A stretch of DNA of 30,854 nucleotides from a virus (Duplodnaviria; Caudoviricetes): positions 1 through 30,854 of IMG/VR virus record IMGVR_UViG_3300011336_000054; one strand, written 5' to 3'. Shown here piece by piece: positions 1 through 9,221 of this stretch. Every line of letters begins with the position of its first letter. Positions within the stretch are counted from its first letter, which is position 1. The notes under the pieces were generated by a model. It was not told the origin of the DNA, made no database searches, and saw only the letters and a list, made by a program, of their open reading frames with translations. The translations under genes and the position numbers were made by a program.

Positions 1-1
1 G

Positions 2-79
2 ACGTTTCCATCAGCGCATGGAAGGTTCGAGAAAAGCCACTTAGATAGATTAAAGGCCGAGCAGAAACTCAACTCATAA
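2..79 (+). CDS. 3' end of a small upstream protein (partial, ...TFPSAHGRFEKSHLDRLKAEQKLNS*)
   Basis: Open frame from the window edge to TAA at 77-79, directly upstream of the scaffold gene. Confidence 0.6.
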   Translation, partial: TFPSAHGRFEKSHLDRLKAEQKLNS

Positions 80-124
80 GCAATTATGCCGAGTTGAATC
101 TCCTACAACCGATTGACGGCAGGA
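69..124 (+). promoter_or_regulatory. Two-hairpin RNA element in the scaffold leader
   Basis: tcaactc(69-75)/gagttga(91-97) with inner ataa-GCAA-ttat; tcct(101-104)/agga(121-124) with inner ccg/cgg. Confidence 0.4.
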
Positions 125-137
125 AAAAGGAAAAAGT

Positions 138-878
138 ATGTTGATTGATGACGACAAAGAAGAGTTGGGTGAGTTAGAGATCGAAGAGCAGAAGATCGAG
201 CAGAAGCCTGAACTCCCTGAGAAATACAGGGATAAAAGTTTAGACGACATTGTGAGGATGCACCAAGAGGCTGAAAAGCTCATTGGAAAGCAAGCACAAG
301 AGGTAGGCGAGGTCAGAAAGTTAGCCGATGAACTCATCAAACAGAACCTTAGTTCCAAGCAACAGACTAGACAGGAAGAGCCTGAAGTAGATTTCTTTGA
401 GAATCCACAGAAGGCAATTCAGAGGACTGTTGATAATCACCCCGACATCCAAGCGGCTCGCATGGCGACTCTTGAGATGAAAAAGGCACAAATTCAGCAG
501 AGGTTAGCGCAAGAGCATCCCGACTTTGGTGAAATTGCCAGAGATCAGGATTTTGCAAATTGGGTGAAGTCTAGCCCTGTTCGCATTAAAATTTTTGAGC
601 AAGCTGATGCGGGATATGATTTTGACTCTGCCAATGAATTGCTATCTACCTATAAACAGCTACGTTCTGTTAAACAGAAGCAAGTAAGTGATGATGGCGA
701 GGTAACTCGCAAACAGAACTTAAAAGCAGTAGGTGTAGATGTAGGTGGTTCTGGTGAATCATCAAAGAAGGTATACCGAAGGGCAGACCTTATTCGGCTG
801 AAAATGCAAGACCCAAACAGATATGACGCTTTAAGTGATGAAATCATGCAAGCCTATCAAGAGGGTCGGGTTCGTTAA
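138..878 (+). CDS. Capsid scaffolding protein
   Basis: Acidic N-terminus, LPEKYRDKS motif, helical body, C-terminal 'IMQAYQEGRVR'; lies directly before the capsid gene. Confidence 0.85.
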   Translation: MLIDDDKEELGELEIEEQKIEQKPELPEKYRDKSLDDIVRMHQEAEKLIGKQAQEVGEVRKLADELIKQNLSSKQQTRQEEPEVDFFENPQKAIQRTVDNHPDIQAARMATLEMKKAQIQQRLAQEHPDFGEIARDQDFANWVKSSPVRIKIFEQADAGYDFDSANELLSTYKQLRSVKQKQVSDDGEVTRKQNLKAVGVDVGGSGESSKKVYRRADLIRLKMQDPNRYDALSDEIMQAYQEGRVR

Positions 879-897
879 ACTTTAGGAGATTTCAATC

Positions 898-1860
898 ATG
901 GCATATCCAACCCCAGCGGTAACCACAACAACCGCAGCAACGTTCATCCCCGAAATTTGGAGTGATGAAATCATAGCCGCATACAAGAAGAATCTTGTAT
1001 TGGCTAACATCGTAATGAAGATGAATTTCAAAGGTAAGAAGGGTGATGTAGTACACATTCCCGCACCTACCCGTGGTTCAGCTTCTGCAAAAGCCGCCTC
1101 TACTGCTGTCACTTTGATTGCAGATACTGAGACAGAAATTCAAGTGTCTATCAACAAGCATTTTGAATATTCACGTTTCATTGAGGACATCGTTGAAGCA
1201 CAAGCCTTGAACAGCTTGCGCCAGTTCTACACTGCTGATGCGGGCTATGCGCTTGCCAAGCAAGTAGACACTAGCTTGATCCAATTGGGTCGTGCATTCA
1301 ATGGTGCTACTGTCGGTACTAACGACTACGCAACAAGCAATACCACTACCAAAGCCTTTATCGGTTCTGATGGTACAACTGCTTACAACAGCACATCTTC
1401 CAATGCAGCCGCATTGACTGATGCCGCTATTCGTCGCACCATTCAGCGTTTGGACGACAACGACACTCCTATGGATGGTCGCTTCTTTGTTATTCCTCCT
1501 TCAAGCCGTAATACGTTGATGGGTCTTGCCCGTTACACCGAGCAGGCTTTTGTGGGTAATGGCAATGCAATCCGCAATGGTGAAATCGGTCAACTGTATG
1601 GTATCCCCGTGTACACAACAAGCAATGCTGACTTTGGTGCTGGTAACTCTGGCGCTGATCGTATCTGCTTGATGGGTCACAAGGACTCTATGGTTTTGGT
1701 TGAGCAAGTTGGTATCCGTTCACAGACTCAGTACAAGCAAGATTACCTTGCTACTTTGTTCACATCGGACACTCTGTATGGTGTGAAAGCCATGCGTACT
1801 GCCGCTACAACTGGTGCAGCTTTGTCTTCTAGCGCATTTGCGTTAGCAGTTCCAGCCTAA
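898..1860 (+). CDS. Major capsid protein
   Basis: 320 aa with 'FIPEIWSDE' N-terminal motif and 'DTLYGVK' C-terminal motif; strong SD (aggag); followed by a terminator. Confidence 0.92.
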   Translation: MAYPTPAVTTTTAATFIPEIWSDEIIAAYKKNLVLANIVMKMNFKGKKGDVVHIPAPTRGSASAKAASTAVTLIADTETEIQVSINKHFEYSRFIEDIVEAQALNSLRQFYTADAGYALAKQVDTSLIQLGRAFNGATVGTNDYATSNTTTKAFIGSDGTTAYNSTSSNAAALTDAAIRRTIQRLDDNDTPMDGRFFVIPPSSRNTLMGLARYTEQAFVGNGNAIRNGEIGQLYGIPVYTTSNADFGAGNSGADRICLMGHKDSMVLVEQVGIRSQTQYKQDYLATLFTSDTLYGVKAMRTAATTGAALSSSAFALAVPA

Positions 1861-1871
1861 TAGTTGCCTTT

Positions 1872-1903
1872 TCCCCTCGCCTTAATCGGTGGGGGGATTT
1901 TTT
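1872..1903 (+). terminator. Rho-independent terminator after the capsid gene
   Basis: tcccctcgcc-ttaatc-ggtgggggga followed by T6. Confidence 0.8.
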
Positions 1904-1921
1904 ACATCAAGGAGATTTATT

Positions 1922-2245
1922 ATGGCAGCAGCAACAGCAGTCGTTTCCCGCAGGGGTAATGACCAATTCCGTGGTTTGTTTACAGACACTTGGGACGTTT
2001 CATGTACTCTCAATAGCGCATCAGTAGCTACTACTGCAACCGCTACAGATACAGTCGCAGTTCCAGGCGTTGCTTTGGGTGATATGGTTATTGGTATGGC
2101 AATTGGCGTTGATGAGGCAGGTTTGGTTCGTAGAGCCTATGTTTCAGCCGCTAATACAGTTACTATCGTGACTTACAACCCTACAGCAGGTTCTGTAGAC
2201 TTAGCATCAACTACATTAAATTTAGTTATTGCTCGTTCGGTGTAA
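1922..2245 (+). CDS. Putative head decoration/cement protein
   Basis: ATG 1922 behind SD aaggag; 107 aa, beta-rich ('VAVPGVALGD', 'AYVSAANTVT'); follows the capsid gene. Confidence 0.6.
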   Translation: MAAATAVVSRRGNDQFRGLFTDTWDVSCTLNSASVATTATATDTVAVPGVALGDMVIGMAIGVDEAGLVRRAYVSAANTVTIVTYNPTAGSVDLASTTLNLVIARSV

Positions 2246-2246
2246 T

Positions 2247-2274
2247 AAAAGGGGGCTAATACCCCCCTTTTTTT
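2247..2274 (+). terminator. Rho-independent terminator
   Basis: aaaaggggg-loop-ccccc followed by T7. Confidence 0.8.
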
Positions 2275-2283
2275 GGAGTTCTT

Positions 2284-2478
2284 ATGGCAACCTTTAGATG
2301 TTTAGCAAGTGGACAAACAGTCACTTTTACCTATCAGCACGATATTGATTCGATGAAAGGTCATCAAGGTTACGTCAGAATAGATGAAGTTGAGGAAGAA
2401 ACTTCTGAAAAACAAATAGTTTTGAAACCTCCAGTACCTGTTAAGAAGATGGGTCGTCCAAGGAAATCAAATGTCTGA
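2284..2478 (+). CDS. Hypothetical protein with C-terminal AT-hook-like KKMGRPRK
   Basis: ORF with SD ggag; GRPRK motif. Confidence 0.7.
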   Translation: MATFRCLASGQTVTFTYQHDIDSMKGHQGYVRIDEVEEETSEKQIVLKPPVPVKKMGRPRKSNV

Positions 2479-2674
2479 TATTGATCCACGAGAATTTGGT
2501 AAGTTAGAAGCCCAAGTTGAGGCGCTTCAAGCAGAAGTCCATGCACTTCGCCAAGATATTAAAACGCTTTTAGAAATGGCTAACAAGTCTAAAGGTGGCT
2601 TTTTCGTAGGAATGGCTATCGCCTCTATTGTGGGCGGTGTCATTTCTTTCATTGCAACCAAGCTAGTTCGATAA
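2471..2674 (+). CDS. Coiled-coil protein with C-terminal transmembrane helix
   Basis: Heptad stretch followed by hydrophobic GFFVGMAIASIVGGVISFIA. Confidence 0.75.
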   Translation: MSDIDPREFGKLEAQVEALQAEVHALRQDIKTLLEMANKSKGGFFVGMAIASIVGGVISFIATKLVR

Positions 2675-2682
2675 GGATTTAT

Positions 2683-2868
2683 ATGCCTCAAGTTGGAAAC
2701 AAGAAATTCCCATACACAGAAAAAGGCGAGAAAGAAGCCAAAGAGTATGGCAAGAAGAAATCTATGCCCGTTACTGTAATGATTGCTATTGGTAAGCCTA
2801 AAGCTATGCCTACCCGTGGTGGTCGTACTGCTACCAACATGATGAAAAAAGCAGGTCGTGGCAAATGA
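2683..2868 (+). CDS. Small basic hypothetical protein
   Basis: 61 aa, Lys-rich, SD aagga. Confidence 0.75.
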   Translation: MPQVGNKKFPYTEKGEKEAKEYGKKKSMPVTVMIAIGKPKAMPTRGGRTATNMMKKAGRGK

Positions 2869-3026
2869 AACCCGCCACCAAGATCAGCAAAGTAATGAAA
2901 GAATATGGTGCGGGTAAACTGCACTCTGGCTCTAAAAAAGGCCCTGCCGTTACTTCTCGTAAACAAGCCATTGCCATTGCTTTATCTGAGGCGGGCATGA
3001 GCAAACCTATGAAGAAGAAAAAATGA
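2865..3026 (+). CDS. Small basic protein, DUF6496-like
   Basis: Hand translation (53 aa): MKPATKISKVMKEYGAGKLHSGSKKGPAVTSRKQAIAIALSEAGMSKPMKKKK; ATGA overlaps at both ends; below the ORF-track cutoff. Confidence 0.8.
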   Translation: MKPATKISKVMKEYGAGKLHSGSKKGPAVTSRKQAIAIALSEAGMSKPMKKKK

Positions 3027-3196
3027 AATCCAAGGTCAATCAAGCAAAGGTTTATACCAAACCTACCATGAGGAAGGCTTTGTTTGAGAAGATCAAGGCG
3101 GGAACAAGGGGCGGTGACCCTGGTGAGTGGTCTGCCAGAAAAGCCCAATTGTTAGCCAAAGAATACAAAGCCAATGGTGGTGGATACAAGACATGA
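3023..3196 (+). CDS. Small basic protein, DUF5872-like N-terminal part
   Basis: Hand translation (57 aa): ...YTKPTMRKALFEKIKAGTRGGDPGEWSARKAQLLAKEYKANGGGYKT; ATGA overlaps. Confidence 0.8.
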   Translation: MKSKVNQAKVYTKPTMRKALFEKIKAGTRGGDPGEWSARKAQLLAKEYKANGGGYKT

Positions 3197-3426
3197 AGAA
3201 CCCTCAACAGTCTTTAAAAGATTGGTCTGCCCAGAAGTGGAGAACCAAGTCTGGTAAACCATCTTCACAGACGGGCGAGAGGTATCTACCAGAGGCGGCA
3301 ATCAAGTCTTTGAGTCCTCAAGAGTATGCGGCAACCACCAAAGCCAAACGTGAAGGCACAAAGGCTGGTAAACAGTTTGTTAAGCAACCAAAAGCGATTG
3401 CAAAGAAAACAGCAAAATTTAGATGA
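3193..3426 (+). CDS. Small basic protein, DUF5872-like C-terminal part
   Basis: MKNPQQSLKDWSAQKW...ERYLPEAAIKSLS...GKQFVKQP; start at an ATGA overlap. Confidence 0.8.
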   Translation: MKNPQQSLKDWSAQKWRTKSGKPSSQTGERYLPEAAIKSLSPQEYAATTKAKREGTKAGKQFVKQPKAIAKKTAKFR

Positions 3427-3433
3427 GGTAGAT

Positions 3434-3727
3434 ATGAAAAGTCCTGCTTGGCAAACAAAAGAAGGAAAAAACCCCAAGGGGGGCTTGAATGCCAAAGGTA
3501 GGGCATCGTATAATGCAGAAACGGGTGGTAATTTAAAACCACCAGTAAAGTCGGGAGATAACCCTCGTAGGGCATCCTTTTTAGCACGAATGGGCAATAT
3601 GCCTGGCGCTGAGATGAAAGATGGGAAGCCTACCCGACTCCTATTATCTCTTAGAGCTTGGGGCGCATCGTCCAAGGAAGACGCTAAAGCGAAGGCTAAA
3701 GCGATCTCTAAGAGGAATAAGAAGTGA
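3434..3727 (+). CDS. Small basic protein, DUF6321-like
   Basis: MKSPAWQTKEGKNPKGGLNAKGRASYN...RRASFLARM; SD gaggt. Confidence 0.8.
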   Translation: MKSPAWQTKEGKNPKGGLNAKGRASYNAETGGNLKPPVKSGDNPRRASFLARMGNMPGAEMKDGKPTRLLLSLRAWGASSKEDAKAKAKAISKRNKK

Positions 3728-4059
3728 GACCTGTATCTGTTGGAGTTAGCCCTACAGCCAATACGCTGACGACTGTTTACACAGTTCCTACGGGTTACTA
3801 CGCCAAATTTACTGTCATGTACATCCACAATACTGGTGGATCGACTAAGCACATCACAGTCCAATGGTATGACGCAAGTGCAGCAACGACTTTAGACATT
3901 CTTACTGCTTACGACTTTACATCTAAACAATACCTTCAGTTTGATGGCAATGCTTATATTGTTTTAGAAGAGGGCGATAGAATTCAACTTACTACGCAAG
4001 CCGCTAGTACCTTCAGTTTTATTGCAACATTTGAGGTTCAAGGAGCGCAACGAACATGA
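3724..4059 (+). CDS. Putative virion structural protein (beta-sandwich)
   Basis: 111 aa with 'VYTVP...LEEGDRI' pattern; GTGA overlap; precedes the tail genes. Confidence 0.7.
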   Translation: MRPVSVGVSPTANTLTTVYTVPTGYYAKFTVMYIHNTGGSTKHITVQWYDASAATTLDILTAYDFTSKQYLQFDGNAYIVLEEGDRIQLTTQAASTFSFIATFEVQGAQRT

Positions 4060-4700
4060 CCTACTTAGAACTTGTAAACGATGTGTTAGCAAGGTTGCGT
4101 GAGTCTTCAGTTACTACTGTTTCTGAAACCGCATATTCCTCTCTGATTGGCAAGTTTGTCAATGATGCCAAACGTCAAATTGAGGATGCTTACAACTGGA
4201 ATGCTTTAAGTACAACAATCACAATCACAACTGTTGCCAACACACATTCTTATTCTTTGACAGGTGCGGGGCAGAAATTCCAAGTTTCTGATGCCATCAA
4301 CTCAACAAGCGTGATTGGTCTAAAAAACATCTCTTTTGTGGACATGAACCGCAAATTGAACTTTGCCACGCCCGCAACCTCGATTCCTTCAGAATTTACT
4401 TTTAGTGGTGTGGATGCTAGTGGTGATACAAAAGTAGAGTTATTTCCTGTTCCTGATGGTGTTTACACGATCTTGTTTGATTTGGTTGTTCCACAAGCTG
4501 CTTTATCTTCAGATGGAACATCTGTCAAAGTTTTAGACTATTTGGTTGCTCAAAGTGCTTATGCTCGTGCTTTGATTGAGCGTGGTGAGGATGGAGGAAC
4601 TGCCTCTTCCGAAGCCTATGCACTCTTTAGGGGAATGCTCTCTGATGCGATTGCGTTGGAAAGCACTCGTTATATTGAAGATAACTTTGAACCTGTTTAA
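4056..4700 (+). CDS. Tail tubular protein A / head-tail adaptor
   Basis: 'MTYLELVNDVLARLRE' N-terminus typical of podophage adaptors; 214 aa; synteny. Confidence 0.75.
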   Translation: MTYLELVNDVLARLRESSVTTVSETAYSSLIGKFVNDAKRQIEDAYNWNALSTTITITTVANTHSYSLTGAGQKFQVSDAINSTSVIGLKNISFVDMNRKLNFATPATSIPSEFTFSGVDASGDTKVELFPVPDGVYTILFDLVVPQAALSSDGTSVKVLDYLVAQSAYARALIERGEDGGTASSEAYALFRGMLSDAIALESTRYIEDNFEPV

Positions 4701-6244
4701 TGTCAAAACCTCTACAAAGTTACAGTCTTTCAGCACCAGGCTTTTATGGCCTGAATACTGAAGATTCTCCCCTTGATTTAGGGGCTGGCTTTGCTTTGGT
4801 TGCGACTAACTGCATCTTGGATCAGTATGGTCGTATTGGTGCTAGAAAAGGTTGGACAAGGGTTAACTCTTCCTCTGGAAACCTTGGTGCTAATGATGTT
4901 GGCGTGATCCATGAGCTAGTCCAGACTGACGGCACTTTGACTGTCCTATTTGCGGGTAATAACAAGTTATTCAAACTTGGTACTTCTAATGCGGTGACTG
5001 AGTTGACCTATGGTGGTGGCGGTACTGCTCCTACTATTACTGCATCTAACTGGCAAACTGCCTCTTTGAATGGCATTGCTTACTTCTTCCAAACAGGACA
5101 CGATCCACTCATTTATGACCCTGCTGTCAGCACATCTACATTTAGACGGGTATCTGAGAAAACAGGTTATGCGGGTAGTGTTCCTTCTGCAAACATTGCT
5201 ATTTCTGCTTTTGGTCGTTTGTGGGTAGCTAACACCTCAACAGACAAAGTAACTGTTACATTCTCTGATTTGATAGCGGGTCATGTATGGTCTGGCGGTA
5301 CTTCAGGCTCATTGGATGTTTCTCGTGTGTGGCCTAATGGTGCTGATGAAGTGATGGGTTTGGCAGCTCATAATGATTTCTTATTCATCTTTGGTAAGAG
5401 GCAGATTCTTGTCTATTCTGGTGCTTCTACACCCGCATCTCTTGTTCTAAGCGATACAGTAGGCTCTATTGGGTGTTTGGCTAGAGATACCATCCAAAGC
5501 GTTGGTTCTGATGTGATTTTCTTGTCAGATTCAGGTGTTCGCTCGTTAATGAGGACTATTCAAGAGAAGTCTGCTCCTCTGAGAGACTTGTCCAAGAATG
5601 TTCGTTTTGACCTAAATTCTTCATTGGCAAGCGAGACATTGGCTAATCTGAAGTCTGTTTACTCAGAAAAAGAAGCCTTTTATCTGCTTGTTTTACCCGC
5701 TACTTTCCAAGTCTATTGTTTTGATACCAAGCAAAGTTTGCAAGATGGTGCTTCACGGGTAACCAAGTGGGATTCAATTGCGCCAACTTCCCTGCGATCA
5801 CTTAGAAATGGTGACTTGTACATTGGCAAGAATGGGTATATCGGAAAATATGCTGGGTACTTAGATGACACATCTACTTACCGATTTGCCTACTACACTA
5901 ACAATGCTGACCTTGGCAACCCTAATCAGATTTCTGTTTTAAAGACAATTTCAGCCATTGTGATTGGTGGTTCAAACCAGTTTTTAACGATCAATTGGGG
6001 TTTTGATTATTCTGGTGCTTATAAGGCTCAAAATATTTATATTCCTACGCAAGTAAGTTATGAATATGGAACTGCTGAATACAACGTAGCTGAGTACACA
6101 AGTGGCATTCCAATTAAGACATTGAGAGCTAACGCATCTGGTGCGGGAAAGATTGTCCAAACAGGGTATGAGACAACGATTAACGGCACTCAGTTATCCC
6201 TACAAAAGATTGAAATTCAAGCCAAAGATGGCAAATTAGGCTAA
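4700..6244 (+). CDS. Tail tubular protein B / nozzle (beta-propeller)
   Basis: 514 aa, beta-rich, 'GSIGCLARDTIQ...VIFLSDSGV' motif; follows the adaptor gene. Confidence 0.75.
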   Translation: MSKPLQSYSLSAPGFYGLNTEDSPLDLGAGFALVATNCILDQYGRIGARKGWTRVNSSSGNLGANDVGVIHELVQTDGTLTVLFAGNNKLFKLGTSNAVTELTYGGGGTAPTITASNWQTASLNGIAYFFQTGHDPLIYDPAVSTSTFRRVSEKTGYAGSVPSANIAISAFGRLWVANTSTDKVTVTFSDLIAGHVWSGGTSGSLDVSRVWPNGADEVMGLAAHNDFLFIFGKRQILVYSGASTPASLVLSDTVGSIGCLARDTIQSVGSDVIFLSDSGVRSLMRTIQEKSAPLRDLSKNVRFDLNSSLASETLANLKSVYSEKEAFYLLVLPATFQVYCFDTKQSLQDGASRVTKWDSIAPTSLRSLRNGDLYIGKNGYIGKYAGYLDDTSTYRFAYYTNNADLGNPNQISVLKTISAIVIGGSNQFLTINWGFDYSGAYKAQNIYIPTQVSYEYGTAEYNVAEYTSGIPIKTLRANASGAGKIVQTGYETTINGTQLSLQKIEIQAKDGKLG

Positions 6245-6254
6245 GAGGTAAACC

Positions 6255-9221
6255 ATGAGTAACTACACAAAAACCACTAACTTTGCAACAAAAGACAACC
6301 TATCACCTGGCAATCCTTTAAAGATTGTTAAGGGTACTGAAATTGATACTGAATACAACAACATTGCGACTGCTGTTGCGACTAAAACAGATAACTCTGC
6401 TGCGGCAATTACTGGCGGTGCGATTGATGGAGCAACTGTTGGCGCAACAACCCCAGCAGCGGGTGCTTTCACAACCCTAGCGGCCTCAGGCACAACAACT
6501 TTAGCGGGTGCATTGGTAGGTGCGGCAACTCAGGCGGCATTTAACACAACTACAACTACCTTGAATCTTGGTGGTGCGGCAACTGCTGTGAACCTTGGTG
6601 CGGCTACAGGAACTGCCACAGTCAATAACACAACTCTAGCGGCTAAAGCAATTACAGCAAGTACCACTTTGGCAGTTACGGGAACATCGACTTTAACGGG
6701 TGCTGTAACGGCTACTGCTGGGGTGACAGGGCCTATCACATCAAGTAATGTGGCAATCACGGGTGGTTCGATCACTGGCATCACCGATCTAGCGGTCGCT
6801 GATGGCGGTACAGGCGCTTCTACAGCGGCTGGTGCGTTGAACAACCTTTTGCCTAGTCAAACAGGTAATGCTAACAAGTATCTTCAGACCGATGGCACAA
6901 ATGCTTCTTGGGATGCAGTAAGCCTTTCTACTGCCGACATTACAGGTACTTTGGGCGTAGCCAATGGCGGTACAGGAGTAACTTCATCTACTGGTACAGG
7001 CAACGTAGTTCTGTCAAACAGTCCTACTCTAGTGACTCCCGCATTGGGAACTCCTGCTTCTGGCGTGGCAACTAATCTAACTGGTTTGCCAATCTCAACT
7101 GGCGTAAGTGGTTTAGGTACTGGTGTTGCTACTCTTTTGGCGACACCCTCTAGTGCCAATCTAGCTTCTGCGATTACTGATGAAACTGGTTCAGGCTCTT
7201 TAGTCTTTGCCACATCACCAACTCTAGTGACTCCAGTTCTAGGAACACCCGCTAGTGCCACTCTAACCAACGCTACTGGATTGCCTATCAGCACAGGTGT
7301 TTCGGGTCTTGGAACAGGCGTAGCAACCTTTTTAGGTACTCCATCAAGTGCTAACTTGCTTGCGGCTGTTTCTGATGAGACAGGCACAGGTTCTTTAGTC
7401 TTTGCTACCTCTCCTACATTGGTGACTCCTGCTTTGGGTACACCCGCTAGTGGCGTTGCTACCAACTTGACTGGCTTGCCTTTGTCAACAGGTGTGACAG
7501 GAACACTTCCTGTTGCTAATGGTGGAACAGGCCAGACCTCTTACACAGATGGTCAACTGTTGATTGGTAACTCTACTGGCAACACATTAACCAAAGCCAC
7601 TTTAACCGCTGGTTCAAATGTCACGATTACCAATAGCGCAGGTGGAATTACCATCGCATCTTCTGGTGGTAGCACAACTCCTGGTGGCTCAACTACTCAA
7701 GTGCAATACAACAATGCGGGTGCTTTTGGTGGCATTACTGGTGCTACAACTAACGGCACAGCATTGACTTTAGTTGCTCCTGTATTGGGAACTCCCGCAA
7801 GTGCTACTCTAACGAATGCTACAGGCTTACCTTTAAGCACAGGCGTAACTGGTACTTTGCCAGTAGCCAATGGTGGTACAGGATTGACAACAACCCCCGC
7901 TAATGGTGCTTTAGATATTGGTAATGGAACAGGATTTACTCGCACAACCTTAACTGCGGGTTCTAACGTCACAATTACCAATGCTGCGGGTGCAATTACG
8001 ATTGCGGCTTCTGGTGGTGGTGGCTCTGGCGATGTTGTTGGCCCAGCCTCTGCCGTGGCAAACAGCATTGCTCTTTTTAATAGCACAACAGGCAAGCTGA
8101 TTAAAGACTCATCCGCATCTGATGGGTTGATTTATGGTTTAACTGTAGGCCGTGGTGCAAGTGCTTTGTCAACCAACACTGCATTTGGAAGTGGTGCATT
8201 AAACAACGCTTCAACTACTGGTCAATACAACACCGCCATTGGCAGAAACACAATGCAAAGTTTGACCTCTGGCGATGAAAGTACCGCTATAGGAAATTCT
8301 GTATTGAACTTAGCAACCACAGGGGCTGGAAATGTTGGCATAGGTAATGCCAGTTTATCGGCAACCACAACAGGCGGTTCAAATGTTGCCGTTGGACTTG
8401 GTGGATTGCAAAGAAACACCACCGCAAGTAGCAATGTTGCCGTTGGATTTCAGGCTCTTACATATAACACCACAGGCTCTAGCCTCACCGCTGTTGGTTA
8501 TCAAGCACTTTATTCTAACACTGTTCAATCTAATAGCACTGCTATAGGTTATCAAGCACTTTATTTTAATGGTGCATCTGGGTATGACCATGCGGCTGTG
8601 GGTTATCAAGCACTTTATAACAACACTACAGGCATTCAAAACACGGCACTTGGATGGAAAGCAGGTGACTCCATCACTACTGGCAGTCAAAATGTTTGCG
8701 TAGGCTATGATACAGATGCTAGTGCTGTTGGTGCGCTTGGCCAAATTACAATCGGTTATGGCCTGACAGGTAATGGTAATTATAACGTCACCATGGGAAC
8801 CAATGGTTCCAAAATTTATGTAAACTACACAGCAACAGGCACATGGACGCAAACATCAGATGCCCGTTTAAAAAATGTTATCGGTCAGGAAACTCTTGGT
8901 TTAAGTTTTATTAACCGATTGAACCCAGTCACATTCACTTGGAAATCACAAGCTGATTTACCTGTTGACCATCCACATTACAGCACAGCCAATAAAAAGA
9001 ACACCACAACTGTTATGCATGGCTTGTTGGCGCAGGATGTCAAAGCCGCTATGGATGCTGAAGGTTGCTCGACATTTAATGGATGGGATGTTGATGATGA
9101 TGGTGTACAAGCTGTTAGTCGTGAAATGTTCATCACGCCTCTAATCAAAGCAATCCAAGAACTGACAGCACAAGTTGAAACCCTAAAGGCTGAAGTAGCC
9201 GCATTGAAAGGTAATATATGA
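6255..9221 (+). CDS. Tail fibre with C-terminal peptidase-S74-like intramolecular chaperone
   Basis: Gly/Thr/Ala-rich; LPVANGGTG motifs; YadA-head-like 'A[IV]GYQAL' repeats; 'SDARLK' cleavage motif and terminal coiled coil. Confidence 0.9.
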   Translation: MSNYTKTTNFATKDNLSPGNPLKIVKGTEIDTEYNNIATAVATKTDNSAAAITGGAIDGATVGATTPAAGAFTTLAASGTTTLAGALVGAATQAAFNTTTTTLNLGGAATAVNLGAATGTATVNNTTLAAKAITASTTLAVTGTSTLTGAVTATAGVTGPITSSNVAITGGSITGITDLAVADGGTGASTAAGALNNLLPSQTGNANKYLQTDGTNASWDAVSLSTADITGTLGVANGGTGVTSSTGTGNVVLSNSPTLVTPALGTPASGVATNLTGLPISTGVSGLGTGVATLLATPSSANLASAITDETGSGSLVFATSPTLVTPVLGTPASATLTNATGLPISTGVSGLGTGVATFLGTPSSANLLAAVSDETGTGSLVFATSPTLVTPALGTPASGVATNLTGLPLSTGVTGTLPVANGGTGQTSYTDGQLLIGNSTGNTLTKATLTAGSNVTITNSAGGITIASSGGSTTPGGSTTQVQYNNAGAFGGITGATTNGTALTLVAPVLGTPASATLTNATGLPLSTGVTGTLPVANGGTGLTTTPANGALDIGNGTGFTRTTLTAGSNVTITNAAGAITIAASGGGGSGDVVGPASAVANSIALFNSTTGKLIKDSSASDGLIYGLTVGRGASALSTNTAFGSGALNNASTTGQYNTAIGRNTMQSLTSGDESTAIGNSVLNLATTGAGNVGIGNASLSATTTGGSNVAVGLGGLQRNTTASSNVAVGFQALTYNTTGSSLTAVGYQALYSNTVQSNSTAIGYQALYFNGASGYDHAAVGYQALYNNTTGIQNTALGWKAGDSITTGSQNVCVGYDTDASAVGALGQITIGYGLTGNGNYNVTMGTNGSKIYVNYTATGTWTQTSDARLKNVIGQETLGLSFINRLNPVTFTWKSQADLPVDHPHYSTANKKNTTTVMHGLLAQDVKAAMDAEGCSTFNGWDVDDDGVQAVSREMFITPLIKAIQELTAQVETLKAEVAALKGNI
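7020..7500 (+). repeat. About 2.5 copies of a 195-bp (65-aa) internal repeat in the tail fibre
   Basis: SPTLVTP[AV]LGTPAS...DETG.GSLVFAT recurs at about 7020, 7215 and 7410; a partial copy lies near 7770-7880. Confidence 0.85.

Noticed and set aside
1840-1922. T7 10A/10B-type capsid frameshift extension
   Set aside because: TAA TAG double stop, a terminator, and a stop at 1883-85 in the downstream gene's frame.
6263-8852. Minus-strand ORFs inside the tail fibre, and similar antisense ORFs elsewhere
   Set aside because: Shadow frames of biased coding sequence with no recognisable motifs.
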